A DNA stretch of 36,463 bases from a virus (taxonomy: Duplodnaviria; Caudoviricetes): the IMG/VR virus record IMGVR_UViG_3300028633_000022, positions 1 to 36,463 of that record; one strand, written 5' to 3'. Positions 25,220-34,465 of this stretch are shown here, piece after piece. The notes beneath the pieces were generated by a model. That model did no database searches. It was not told where the DNA came from and worked only from the letters and a program-made list of their open reading frames with translations. Each line of letters begins with the position of its first letter. Positions within the stretch are counted from its first letter, which is position 1. The translations under genes were made by a program, and so were the position numbers.

Positions 25220-26252
25220 ACCTATATCTATAAAAGAACCTCCAGTCAAGCGGTTCCTATCCACCGGATGCTCAGTCCTTAACTGTATCTTGAGTGATAG
25301 AGTAGATGGGGGATGGCCTAGTGGGAGGTTGAGTAATCTGATTGGAGATAGCGATACAGCCAAGACTGTACTTGGTCTCCATGCTCTAGCAGAAGCTTGT
25401 AGAAATCCAGCTTTTGATACCTATGATCTCATCTACAATGATATTGAGGGTGCTCTTACTCCAGACACCCTCAATATGTTTGGAAAGAAGTTCCAGGCCC
25501 GTACCAAGTTCTTGATACCAGGAGATGAAGACAATCAGCCTCCAAGCACTATTGAAGAGTGGCACTGGAGGCTTTTGGATCGATTTGAAGATGGAAATCC
25601 CTTCATAGAAATATTGGACTCCTTTGACTTCCTGCCCAGTCAAGCCGACTTGGATAAGAGCCAGGAGCAAAAGAAAGCATTCATGGCTGGGAAGGAGTCC
25701 AAGGGCACCTACCAGATGTCCAAACAGAAGCACTTCAAACAGATGCTAAGGGAGATCAAGGGGATGATCTGCCAGACAGACTCCATTATTATAATCATCT
25801 CCCAAACCATTGATAACATTGGGAGTATGTTTGATCCCAAGACAGTAGCTGGAGGTAATGCTCTGGAGTTTGCCAGTAGGATAAGATTCTGGCTATCAAA
25901 GCTGGAGACGGACAAGGTTAACAAAAGAATTATAGGTCGGAAAGTCCGATCCAAGTGTAGCAAGAACCATATCACAGGTAAGCTTCGAGAAGCTCCATTA
26001 TGGGTATATTCTGGACTAGGAGTGGATGATATCCGTACCTCCGTTGATTTCCTGGTTACTGAGGGAGCTTGGAGTAAAGTAGGTGGTTGGATTGCTCCGG
26101 ATGGAATCACGGACCAAAAGATGCAAGTCAAAGATCTTATCAAATACATTGAGACTAATAAACTCCAGCGTGTACTCAATAAACTGGTACAGAAGAAATG
26201 GAATGCTATTGAAGATAGTTTAAAATTGGACCGGGAGGCAAGGTACGAATGA
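25164..26252 (+). CDS. recA: RecA/UvsX-like recombinase
   Basis: STGC..LN..L...GGWPSGR, variant Walker A GDSDTAKT, ILDS, GGNALEFAS.IR, KN. Confidence 0.88.
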   Translation: MPKERTKPLAQQVLERKSEPISIKEPPVKRFLSTGCSVLNCILSDRVDGGWPSGRLSNLIGDSDTAKTVLGLHALAEACRNPAFDTYDLIYNDIEGALTPDTLNMFGKKFQARTKFLIPGDEDNQPPSTIEEWHWRLLDRFEDGNPFIEILDSFDFLPSQADLDKSQEQKKAFMAGKESKGTYQMSKQKHFKQMLREIKGMICQTDSIIIIISQTIDNIGSMFDPKTVAGGNALEFASRIRFWLSKLETDKVNKRIIGRKVRSKCSKNHITGKLREAPLWVYSGLGVDDIRTSVDFLVTEGAWSKVGGWIAPDGITDQKMQVKDLIKYIETNKLQRVLNKLVQKKWNAIEDSLKLDREARYE

Positions 26253-26668
26253 AAACCTCCTCTGCTAAGGACAAGGGCCGAAGACTTCAGAAGTGGGTGG
26301 CCGAGAAGATATCAGAACTAACTGGCCTGGAGTGTGGTAAAGATTGCCCATTAGAATCCAGGCCAATGGGTCAGACTGGGCCAGATATAAGGATGGATCC
26401 AGGGGCCAGAAAGGCTTTCCCCTTCACTGTAGAGTGTAAGAACACAGAAAATTGGAGTCTCCCTAGCGCCATCAAGCAGTGCAAGGCCAATCTATATCCA
26501 GACACTCAGTGGCTAGTAGTGCTTGGAAAGAACCGACTCAAGCCTGTGGTAGTGTTGGATGCGGAGACCTTCTTCTGTCTATTGGAGCAGATCCATGGTA
26601 AAGAATCTGAAGATAAAGAACTTCCAGTGCCACAAAGACCAAGAGTTCGAACTCGACCCAGGAGTTAA
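26249..26668 (+). CDS. Holliday junction resolvase-like PD-(D/E)xK nuclease
   Basis: SAKDKGRRLQ, GPDI, VECKN. Confidence 0.8.
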   Translation: MKTSSAKDKGRRLQKWVAEKISELTGLECGKDCPLESRPMGQTGPDIRMDPGARKAFPFTVECKNTENWSLPSAIKQCKANLYPDTQWLVVLGKNRLKPVVVLDAETFFCLLEQIHGKESEDKELPVPQRPRVRTRPRS

Positions 26669-27656
26669 CGTCTTCGTTGGGAAGAGTGGGGCTGGGAAGT
26701 CTGCTGGAGTAATCCGTCCCCTCAAATGGTTGGCTTTCAACAGACCTCTTGGGGACTCCTTCAGAAGATGGGGCAGTGATACGACCTGGACCGAGATTCA
26801 GTTGGAAGAGGAAACCAACATAGCCCGCAAGAAGTCCAACAAGGAGAACTGCTATGAGATGCTAGAAGGGCGGAAGGATATGCAATACTTTGGCTCCTTC
26901 GGGCAGTCACCCCCAGAGGCTATCCAATCAGCACTAAACCTATCAGCAATCAACTTCCAGTTCCAGCATGACCAGCTTTACCTACTGTCCTACAGCCCCC
27001 CAGAGGTTGCCCGAGTGCTGAATGAACTCACCGGTCTGGACAAGATAGACAGAGCATTTGCCCGCATTGGTTCCAGACTCAGGAAGGAAACCCAGGAGAC
27101 CGACACCAATAAGACAATCAAGGAGAAGCTGGAAAAGGGTCTAGATAGCTACAAGGACCTTGACCAGCTGGACTCATCCCTGATGGTCGCAGAGCAGCTA
27201 GAGCAACAAGCAACAGACAGAGCCATCAAGGCCAGCTCCTTGAAGTCCATGGCCACCAGAATCAGGAATGCAGAGGAGAGGGTATATCAATTTGATGGAC
27301 TGGGAAAACTCAAGACCCTTGGAGAAGATTTGGAAGCTAAATTTGCCCTATTTCATGAACTCTCCGATAAAGGGGCAAGACTTTATACCATGACAAGTAT
27401 GATCGATGAGAAATTGGCCAAAATACGATGCCTAGGCAGGGTGTTTGATCTCAGGAAGGAGGTGGAAAAGCTCCAGGCTAAAGTTTTCAAAGCGAGAGAG
27501 CTTCAGGAGAAATCAGAGTCAATAGGATCACTGGCAGCCATAAAGCATAGCCTGAACATTCAGATAGGTGAGATGGAGATAATGCTTGAGGACCTACACC
27601 ACCAGTTTGATAAGCTGATGCCTGAGCAATGCCCACTATGCGGGAGGAGCAAATGA
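26595..27656 (+). CDS. Rad50/SbcC-like ATPase, N-terminal half
   Basis: IKNFQCH, GKSGAGKS, Q-loop FQFQ, coiled coil ending CPLCG; no Walker B; ATG 26595 with GGAG. Confidence 0.85.
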   Translation: MVKNLKIKNFQCHKDQEFELDPGVNVFVGKSGAGKSAGVIRPLKWLAFNRPLGDSFRRWGSDTTWTEIQLEEETNIARKKSNKENCYEMLEGRKDMQYFGSFGQSPPEAIQSALNLSAINFQFQHDQLYLLSYSPPEVARVLNELTGLDKIDRAFARIGSRLRKETQETDTNKTIKEKLEKGLDSYKDLDQLDSSLMVAEQLEQQATDRAIKASSLKSMATRIRNAEERVYQFDGLGKLKTLGEDLEAKFALFHELSDKGARLYTMTSMIDEKLAKIRCLGRVFDLRKEVEKLQAKVFKARELQEKSESIGSLAAIKHSLNIQIGEMEIMLEDLHHQFDKLMPEQCPLCGRSK

Positions 27657-28552
27657 AAGAAAAACCAGATGCCATCATAGTCGGGGACATACATGCCAGG
27701 GATGACCAGCCTCCATGCAGGTTGGACAACTTCTGGGAAACACAGATCAGGAAGTTCAAATGGCTGAGGGATCTGTGGGATGAGTATGGCAGACCAGTGG
27801 TGCTTCAGCCGGGAGATTTGTTCCACCGATGGAAGAGCAGCCCTCAGGTGATCTCAGCAGTGATGAACTATCTTCCGCCTATGGTCACCATCCCAGGAAA
27901 TCCGGGCAAGCACAACTACTACAACCAGGAGGGGTTTGAGAAAGATGCCTTGCACGTTATACAATCCTCATTCTTGGATTGGGAAGTGATGAACAGTTAC
28001 GAATGCTCGTTCTATGACTGGTTCTCGGTGCATTCCTGTCTATGGGGGCAGTCTCCCAGGCCTTTAGTTAAAACAGACAGCAAGCGAAAAGTGCTCCTCA
28101 CTCACACAATGATCCTTGACTGTCCGGAGATGTTTGAGGGAGAGAACGGAAATGACTTCCTGAAGAAACATAAGGATTATGACCTCATAGTAACAGGTCA
28201 CAACCACAAGCCAATGGAGTTTGGCCTGGGTACAAGAGTGCTGGTGAACCCAGGCTCTTTCACCAGACAGACTGCTTCAGAGACCCATAAGCCAAGAGTG
28301 TACTTATGGTGGGCCAAGAAGAATAGGATTGAGGCTATATTCATGCTAACAGAAGAGGATGCAATTACCAGAGAGCACATCGATCAGGACAAGGCCAGGG
28401 ATGAGAGGATTGCCAGCTTTGTTGAGTCCTTGGCCGACAGCACCCTGGATGTCTCAATAGACTTTCTCAAGAACATCATCGGAGCCTTGGAATCGAACAA
28501 GATCAGAAGTGTGGTTAAACAACGAGTAATGGAGGCTGTGGAAGATGAGTGA
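27653..28552 (+). CDS. Mre11/SbcD-like metallophosphoesterase nuclease
   Basis: GDIH, GDLFH, PGN, TH, GHNH, NPGS; GGAGGAG RBS before ATG 27653. Confidence 0.88.
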   Translation: MKEKPDAIIVGDIHARDDQPPCRLDNFWETQIRKFKWLRDLWDEYGRPVVLQPGDLFHRWKSSPQVISAVMNYLPPMVTIPGNPGKHNYYNQEGFEKDALHVIQSSFLDWEVMNSYECSFYDWFSVHSCLWGQSPRPLVKTDSKRKVLLTHTMILDCPEMFEGENGNDFLKKHKDYDLIVTGHNHKPMEFGLGTRVLVNPGSFTRQTASETHKPRVYLWWAKKNRIEAIFMLTEEDAITREHIDQDKARDERIASFVESLADSTLDVSIDFLKNIIGALESNKIRSVVKQRVMEAVEDE

Positions 28553-28799
28553 CATTGAGGATAGACTGTTGGTCCTGAAGAAGAAGAAAGATGTTCTGTC
28601 GGGTAAGCTCGACAGAGCCAAGTGGGAGAAGGAACAGCTGGAGAAGGAGCTTCTGGAGAAGTACGGGCTGAAGACCGCCAAGGATGCCGAGAAGGCAGCA
28701 AAGAAGCTGGAGGCGGAGGCAGCAGCAATCAGAGAGGAGCTGGACAAAGGACTGACTAAGATAGAGGAGGACTACAAAGACCTGCTGGAGATGGCGTGA
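28545..28799 (+). CDS. small coiled-coil protein
   Basis: 84-aa E/K/L-rich ORF overlapping both neighbours. Confidence 0.75.
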   Translation: MSDIEDRLLVLKKKKDVLSGKLDRAKWEKEQLEKELLEKYGLKTAKDAEKAAKKLEAEAAAIREELDKGLTKIEEDYKDLLEMA

Positions 28800-29383
28800 T
28801 GGACCTGGGGCAACTAAGGGCAAAGGCAGAGCAGCTAAAGGGACAGAGAAGTCAGCTCCAGAAGCAGCTCAAGGAGGCAAGACACAGCTATGTGTCAGCA
28901 TTCAGAAGTCTCAAGGCGACCGAGGAAGCCAGGGCATTCATACAGAAGGTTGCCGCTCAGACCCAGGAGCAGATCCGCTTCCACATCACCGATCTTGGCA
29001 GTATGGCTTTGGAGGCTGTGTTTGGCCCAGGCATCCAGCTCGGACTGGACTTCGAGGAGAAGCGAGGCAAGACCGAAGCAAGGCTTTGTTTCGTGAGAGG
29101 AGAGGAGAGGACTGACCCACTGGAAGCTGATAGCGGAGGAGCCAGCGACATAGCTGCCTTTGCTCTCCGATGCAGCTTGCTGATGATCCAGAGACCAGTC
29201 CCAAGGAAGCTGCTGGTGCTGGATGAGCCTTTCAAGAACATCAACGACCCAACCAGGGAGATGCATCAGAGAGCTGCTGAGATGGTGAAGGAGATAAGCC
29301 AGAGGCTTGGAATCCAATTCATAATAGTGACGATGCTGCCGGAGCTGGCTGAGGTGGCCGACAAGGTATTTACGATCAGGTAA
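28796..29383 (+). CDS. Rad50/SbcC-like ATPase, C-terminal half
   Basis: coiled coil, signature DSGG, Walker B/D-loop LVLDEPF, QFIIVT. Confidence 0.85.
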   Translation: MMDLGQLRAKAEQLKGQRSQLQKQLKEARHSYVSAFRSLKATEEARAFIQKVAAQTQEQIRFHITDLGSMALEAVFGPGIQLGLDFEEKRGKTEARLCFVRGEERTDPLEADSGGASDIAAFALRCSLLMIQRPVPRKLLVLDEPFKNINDPTREMHQRAAEMVKEISQRLGIQFIIVTMLPELAEVADKVFTIR

Positions 29384-29398
29384 GGAGGAGGGAGAAGC

Positions 29399-29569
29399 AT
29401 GAGGCTCGAAAGGCTGAAGATCTGCTTGGACTGTGACAACGTATGGGAGAATGAGGGCGGAGAGGGATGCCCCAAATGCGCCGGGAAATCCTGGCAATGG
29501 GTGGCAAATTGGCTTCCTGTTATTAAGGATGCTGAAAAGCCTCAATCTTTAGACAGAGGAGTAAGCTGA
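29399..29569 (+). CDS. 56-aa Zn-ribbon protein (not in ORF track)
   Basis: GGAGGAGG upstream; CLDC...CPKC; TGA 29567-29569. Confidence 0.65.
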   Translation: MRLERLKICLDCDNVWENEGGEGCPKCAGKSWQWVANWLPVIKDAEKPQSLDRGVS

Positions 29570-30310
29570 GTGGACACCACAATCATAATTCCAGCAAGAT
29601 ATGGCAGCAGCAGGTTCCCAGGTAAGCCGATGGCCAAGATACTGGGCAAGCCGATGATTGAATGGGTTTGGCGGGCAGCTATGGCCACAAAGGACAGAAG
29701 CAGAAGAGTGAAGTCAGTCATAGTGGCCACAGACTCAGAGGAAATACACCGATTCTGCACGTTTCTCGGAGCTTGGACAGAGCTGACAGATTTAAGGCAC
29801 TCTAACGGGACCAGCAGGTGTCTTGAGGTGTGCGACAGGCTAGGGCTAAAGGGAGGGGTGATGATACTCCAAGGGGATGAACCACTGGCCAGCCCAGAGC
29901 TTCTTTGCAGTATACTGAAAAGAATGTCGCATATGAATCCAGATCCCAGCCCGGTAACAGCCTGCTGTAAATTCAGCAGTCCACAGGAGATGAAAGATCC
30001 CAATGCGGTGAAGGTAGTATTAGGACATGACTGGAAAAGTCTTTACTTCTCCCGCACCTATCTCGAAGGGAGTTTTCGCCACATCGGCATCTATCTGTAT
30101 GATGTATGGGCTCTCAAGATGCTATCGGAAATAAAGCCCGGACCGCTGGAAGTTTGCGAGGGACTCGAACAGCTCAGAGTGCTGGAGTACGGGTGGAAAT
30201 TTAGGGTGGTAGAATGGACTTGTGAACCAAGGACTATTTCTGTGGATGTTCCCGAGGACATTCCGAGGGTGGAAGAGGAATTCAGAAGATTTACATCTGC
30301 TCAGATTTAA
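29570..30310 (+). CDS. kdsB: 3-deoxy-manno-octulosonate cytidylyltransferase (CMP-Kdo synthetase)
   Basis: IIPARYGSSRFPGKP, VATD, NGTSR, QGDEP, LYFSR, HIGIY, EGLEQLR, VDVPED. Confidence 0.92.
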   Translation: MDTTIIIPARYGSSRFPGKPMAKILGKPMIEWVWRAAMATKDRSRRVKSVIVATDSEEIHRFCTFLGAWTELTDLRHSNGTSRCLEVCDRLGLKGGVMILQGDEPLASPELLCSILKRMSHMNPDPSPVTACCKFSSPQEMKDPNAVKVVLGHDWKSLYFSRTYLEGSFRHIGIYLYDVWALKMLSEIKPGPLEVCEGLEQLRVLEYGWKFRVVEWTCEPRTISVDVPEDIPRVEEEFRRFTSAQI

Positions 30311-30331
30311 TGGATCAAAGGAGAAGAATAA

Positions 30332-30553
30332 ATGGCGGAATCACTTTTCATCATCCCTTTCGGCAAACATCGCGGCTCCGGAATCGAGGATGTGCCAACC
30401 TCTTATCTCGAATGGCTGACCGAGCAAGATTGGTTCACCGAGAAATTCTCGGAGGGCACCAAGGCAATCGGTAAGGAACTGGAGTTCCGGCAACGCTTTG
30501 GTGATGGCGATGAACCCGATGAAGATCGGAACTGGAACAGAAAACTGAGATGA
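30332..30553 (+). CDS. DUF3820-like small protein
   Basis: PFGKHRG..IEDVP.SYL.WL. Confidence 0.75.
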   Translation: MAESLFIIPFGKHRGSGIEDVPTSYLEWLTEQDWFTEKFSEGTKAIGKELEFRQRFGDGDEPDEDRNWNRKLR

Positions 30554-30580
30554 AACCAAGCATTTGAAGGAGAAGGCGAC

Positions 30581-31531
30581 ATGGCGATAAGATGCTTTTA
30601 TCACGCAGCAGATCTTGACGGCCATTGTTCCGGTGCAATCGTGAAGTACCGATTCCCGGAAGCTATCATGCACCCTATCAACTATGGAGATGAGTTTCCT
30701 TGGTATGAGATCAAACCGGAAGATGAAGTCTATATGGTGGACTTCTGCTTGCAGCCGGAACATCAAATGTTGAAACTGTATGAAGTGCTAAGGAGTGACG
30801 AAGAAAAAGAGCATGACCGGGATGGTAATCTGTGTTGGATAGACCATCATGTATCGGCAATAAAAGCTATGGAGGATATTGGATGTTATCCTTATGGCAG
30901 GACAGGTGTATCCAAAGCTGCCTGCGAACTCACTTGGGAATACCTGTTCCCCAATCGTCCGGTTCCGTTGGCCGTCAAACTGCTCAGTCTTTACGATTCC
31001 TGGACGTATCATGGCCACGAACTTGAGGACATGGTTCTGCCATTCCAGATGCGAATGAGGATGGAAGATTTGGACCCGAAGGATTGGGATAGTTCTGGAA
31101 AGTGGTGGTATTCTTTTTTCTATATAAGCCACCTAGAGTATTCATGGGTAGGAAAATCAATGACCAATTTTATCGAAGAAGGCTGTCTCCTCCTTCGCTA
31201 CGACGAAGCTAACAAAGCGAAATATGCCAGGACGTATGCGTTTGAGACGACCTTGCACCTCTTTTCTCACCAAGTTATCCGACCCCGTGCATTCAAAGCC
31301 ATCGCCGTCAACCTTGGCCATACAAACAGTAAGGTGTTCGACTCGGTTTATGATCCAGCCAAGCACGAACTGATGGTCTCATTCGTCCGCCGCTCTGACA
31401 AGCTCTGGAACGTCTCACTCTACAGCACCAAGCCAGAGATTGACTGCGGGGAGATTGCCAAGTCATTCGGAGGCGGAGGTCACAAAGGCGCGGCTGGATT
31501 TCAGGGCAAGGAACTGCCGTTCGAGTATTGA
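30581..31531 (+). CDS. DHH/DHHA1 phosphoesterase
   Basis: YH.ADLDG, VDF, IDHH, GGGGHKGAAGF. Confidence 0.9.
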   Translation: MAIRCFYHAADLDGHCSGAIVKYRFPEAIMHPINYGDEFPWYEIKPEDEVYMVDFCLQPEHQMLKLYEVLRSDEEKEHDRDGNLCWIDHHVSAIKAMEDIGCYPYGRTGVSKAACELTWEYLFPNRPVPLAVKLLSLYDSWTYHGHELEDMVLPFQMRMRMEDLDPKDWDSSGKWWYSFFYISHLEYSWVGKSMTNFIEEGCLLLRYDEANKAKYARTYAFETTLHLFSHQVIRPRAFKAIAVNLGHTNSKVFDSVYDPAKHELMVSFVRRSDKLWNVSLYSTKPEIDCGEIAKSFGGGGHKGAAGFQGKELPFEY

Positions 31532-31543
31532 TATGGGATATTG

Positions 31544-31773
31544 ATGACCGAAACAATCCTTTGCGAAATATGCCATGAACGACTAGCGCGGCCTGGCATG
31601 AAAACCTGCTGGCCGCTGCCAAGCACGAGCGGCGCACTCCCGAAGCGCAAATCCTGTACTGGCTGGATATCGTTGCCCTTGAGACTAATTCTGAAGAAAA
31701 TCTTGCAGGCTATCTGAAGCCTCATGCCGCAGAACTGCTGGAATGCCTGACTGAGGAAGATGTGCCGACATAA
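31544..31773 (+). pseudogene. possible chimeric or degraded gene (Zn-finger start plus out-of-frame RHH-like fragment)
   Basis: MTETILCEICHERLARPGMKTC from ATG 31544; -1 frame reads LLAAAKHERRTPEAQILYWLD...TAA with no start. Confidence 0.3.
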
Positions 31774-31808
31774 AGAATAACTCAGAAAGATAAGAACAAA
31801 CAATATAA

Positions 31809-31842
31809 ACACCCCATCCTGGTTTAAGCTGAGATGGGGTGT
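31809..31842. terminator. hairpin between convergent genome arms (probable bidirectional terminator)
   Basis: ACACCCCATC/GATGGGGTGT stem, A-rich left flank, T-rich right flank. Confidence 0.7.
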
Positions 31843-31868
31843 CTGCTTATTTTATATCGCACAGAAGT

Positions 31869-34448
31869 CTAAGGCTCAGTCACCTCTACACCATTGAAGC
31901 AATACCACTTGCCCTCGGTGGAAGTGGTCTCATTGCCAGTCCACCAAGCATACCAGATAGGAGTTGGGCCTGTGGAAAGCCGAACAGTTCCATCGTCTGA
32001 CCACCAGTTGCAATCTTCGCAGTCGGTACACAGGAAAGTGGCCATGTACCCATTTTCAAGCGTTGTCCAATCAGGTCTTTGGCTAAAGGTTCCTCCAGAA
32101 GTAAGAGGAACATTGCCGATATATCCAAAAGGCGTCCACGTTCCAGGTTCCCCATCTGTCGTACAAACCCAGCCTATTGGCTGTCCTACACCAATTGCTC
32201 CTGGATGTAGATTCCAGGCAATCTCTCCCTTATAGTGATATCCGGTGGCCTGGTATAGAGGATCTGTGGAATCAGGGGAGGTGATGGCTGTAAACTCCAC
32301 AGGATTGTGATAGTTAATGCCCCATGGATAGCCGTGTCGGAGTCCTAAATTTCCGCCAATACGGTCCAGCCTCTTGGTGGTATCATCGGCAACATTGTCA
32401 ATGTTATTCCTGATCACGACTCCAATTATGTCTCCCGGATTGTACTGGGTGTCGCCTAGGAACGAGTAGCAGTAGGAGTCTAATTTAACATCGTCATACC
32501 TAGTGGAGTTGTCTTCTTTCTCAAAGAAATTCCCCTCTATCACCATATTTCTGATCTTAAATTCCCCAGCATCAGGAACATATTCGGTCTCATCCCAGCT
32601 AGCAGCAGGTCCTCCAGCAACATCTACTTGGATCGCGCTCGTCCCATGCCCAGAGTGTCCTCGTCCCCAATTCTTGAAGTAATTGTTCTGGATCATAACG
32701 TCAGACACACCATATGGAGAACCGGAGACAAGGATACCAGCACCCATAAGCTCTGCGAAGATATTGCCCTCGATCTTCGCCCCGTGGGTGCTGGTGAGGG
32801 CGATTCCTGCCGGCACGCCAAAACCCATCCCGTATCTGGTGTCATTATCCTCGCCGGTTATCACATTGCCGATGATATTGATGTTGTAGTTTGCGGCTCC
32901 AGCAGCAGTTGCATCTGTCCAATTGCCCCCAGCTCTGCCGATCATGTGGATTCCGTAGATGTACTTGTCGGCTCCTCCTCGCCACATGCTTCGAATCACA
33001 TTATTGGAGAGGGTGACATTCTTGACCTCCCCAGAGTTCCAGAAGCGAACTCCGGTGGAACAATTCTCCATTATGTTGTCGGTCACTTCTACATTCTCAA
33101 GCAGGACAGCCCCACGGGATTGGGCGCTCGCTATCCAAACCCCAGGATCGCAGTATAGGATGACATTGTTGGTGGCTTTAGAGTTGGAAGCGTGAAGCTC
33201 GATCCCGCCCGACCAAGTATAGGTAGGTTCAGGTTGTTCAATTCTATTTCCGCTAACGATGGTGTTGTTCCACTCGCTGTAAATAAAGCTGAAATCCACG
33301 TTGTAATTATTTCCAGGCACTCCGGTCCCACCGCCGTACATCACACAGTCGGTTATGGTCAGACCGGCCCCCTTTGTAGCGCTACTCGTGTAGTTGGCCA
33401 CAATATTGTTATGTCCTGGGTTGTTCGAAATATAAACATGATCGATTGATACATTGCTCCCACCATCATCTAGTCGGATTGGAATGCTGGTCCTGGTCTT
33501 TCCAGACGGTGTCAGGTTGTTCAAACCATTCATGTTAATCTGCAGATCCCGGATCACCACGTTGTCAATATCGAACCCCTGGAAGACATGGGCGTTGCTG
33601 GTATCGTCGTTTGGCTGGTCATATATGTGGTCGTCTACCTTGATGGTGGTGCTGTGCATCCCCATGCCAGCAATAGTCATATTGTCTTTGAGGTTGACGA
33701 AGTAGTTCTTGAGATAGTTCTTCTCCCCGCATGCAGTAAGATCCTCACACTTTCTGATTTCCTCGGCAGTGAGGAGATAGGTTCCACTGTTGAACTGGAT
33801 GGTAGACCCAGAGGCAGCAGATTCAATTGCGGAGTTGATGGCTGTGCCCATTCCGGCCGTTCCGTTGGCACTGTCCTTCCACCAGTCAAGATAGATGGTC
33901 CCAGGCTCAGTAAAGCTGACAGCGGAGTCCTCGTCAAAGATCTGCTGTTTTGGACTAGCAGTGATGTAACTGGGCGAAGGTATGGAGAGGGTCTTCCCAG
34001 AATCGACCTTAAATTGGCCGGTCCCGGTGAAGTCCAGCTTCATGGTGTCTGGAATGGTTATGTCATCTGCCAAGCGGTAAGTCTCAGTCAGCTTCAGTGT
34101 GCACCCAGTAGCAGGGCAAGCAGTAATTGCCACCCTCAAAGCTACTGAGTCGTCCGTAACGCCGTCCCCATTAGGACTGAAGGAATCCATCCAAAGGTCA
34201 GTTCCGAAGTTGGGTGGATTATCTCCACCACCTCCCCATCCTCCCGTTATGATGTCACTTATGTATTCCAGAATAGAGCTTAGGGCGCTGTCTATTATGT
34301 CCATGTTTGTGTTGATCTTTGTGTCCCAATTAGCCGATCCCCTACTGGGCTTTGTGAGGTTGTAGTTGGTGGTATAGGAATCGGCCCACACCAGTCCACC
34401 AGCAATCAGGAGTCCGATAGACACGACCACTGCGATTAGCTTCTTCAT
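31869..34448 (-). CDS. pectin lyase-like beta-helix tailspike/depolymerase with predicted signal peptide
   Basis: GDGVTDDS, GTY, I.GMG, many I.NN/GN repeats; AAGGAG RBS before ATG 34448; MKKLIAVVVSIGLLIAGGLVWA. Confidence 0.8.
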   Translation of the reverse strand: MKKLIAVVVSIGLLIAGGLVWADSYTTNYNLTKPSRGSANWDTKINTNMDIIDSALSSILEYISDIITGGWGGGGDNPPNFGTDLWMDSFSPNGDGVTDDSVALRVAITACPATGCTLKLTETYRLADDITIPDTMKLDFTGTGQFKVDSGKTLSIPSPSYITASPKQQIFDEDSAVSFTEPGTIYLDWWKDSANGTAGMGTAINSAIESAASGSTIQFNSGTYLLTAEEIRKCEDLTACGEKNYLKNYFVNLKDNMTIAGMGMHSTTIKVDDHIYDQPNDDTSNAHVFQGFDIDNVVIRDLQINMNGLNNLTPSGKTRTSIPIRLDDGGSNVSIDHVYISNNPGHNNIVANYTSSATKGAGLTITDCVMYGGGTGVPGNNYNVDFSFIYSEWNNTIVSGNRIEQPEPTYTWSGGIELHASNSKATNNVILYCDPGVWIASAQSRGAVLLENVEVTDNIMENCSTGVRFWNSGEVKNVTLSNNVIRSMWRGGADKYIYGIHMIGRAGGNWTDATAAGAANYNINIIGNVITGEDNDTRYGMGFGVPAGIALTSTHGAKIEGNIFAELMGAGILVSGSPYGVSDVMIQNNYFKNWGRGHSGHGTSAIQVDVAGGPAASWDETEYVPDAGEFKIRNMVIEGNFFEKEDNSTRYDDVKLDSYCYSFLGDTQYNPGDIIGVVIRNNIDNVADDTTKRLDRIGGNLGLRHGYPWGINYHNPVEFTAITSPDSTDPLYQATGYHYKGEIAWNLHPGAIGVGQPIGWVCTTDGEPGTWTPFGYIGNVPLTSGGTFSQRPDWTTLENGYMATFLCTDCEDCNWWSDDGTVRLSTGPTPIWYAWWTGNETTSTEGKWYCFNGVEVTEP

Positions 34449-34465
34449 AAACACTCTCCTTTGAT

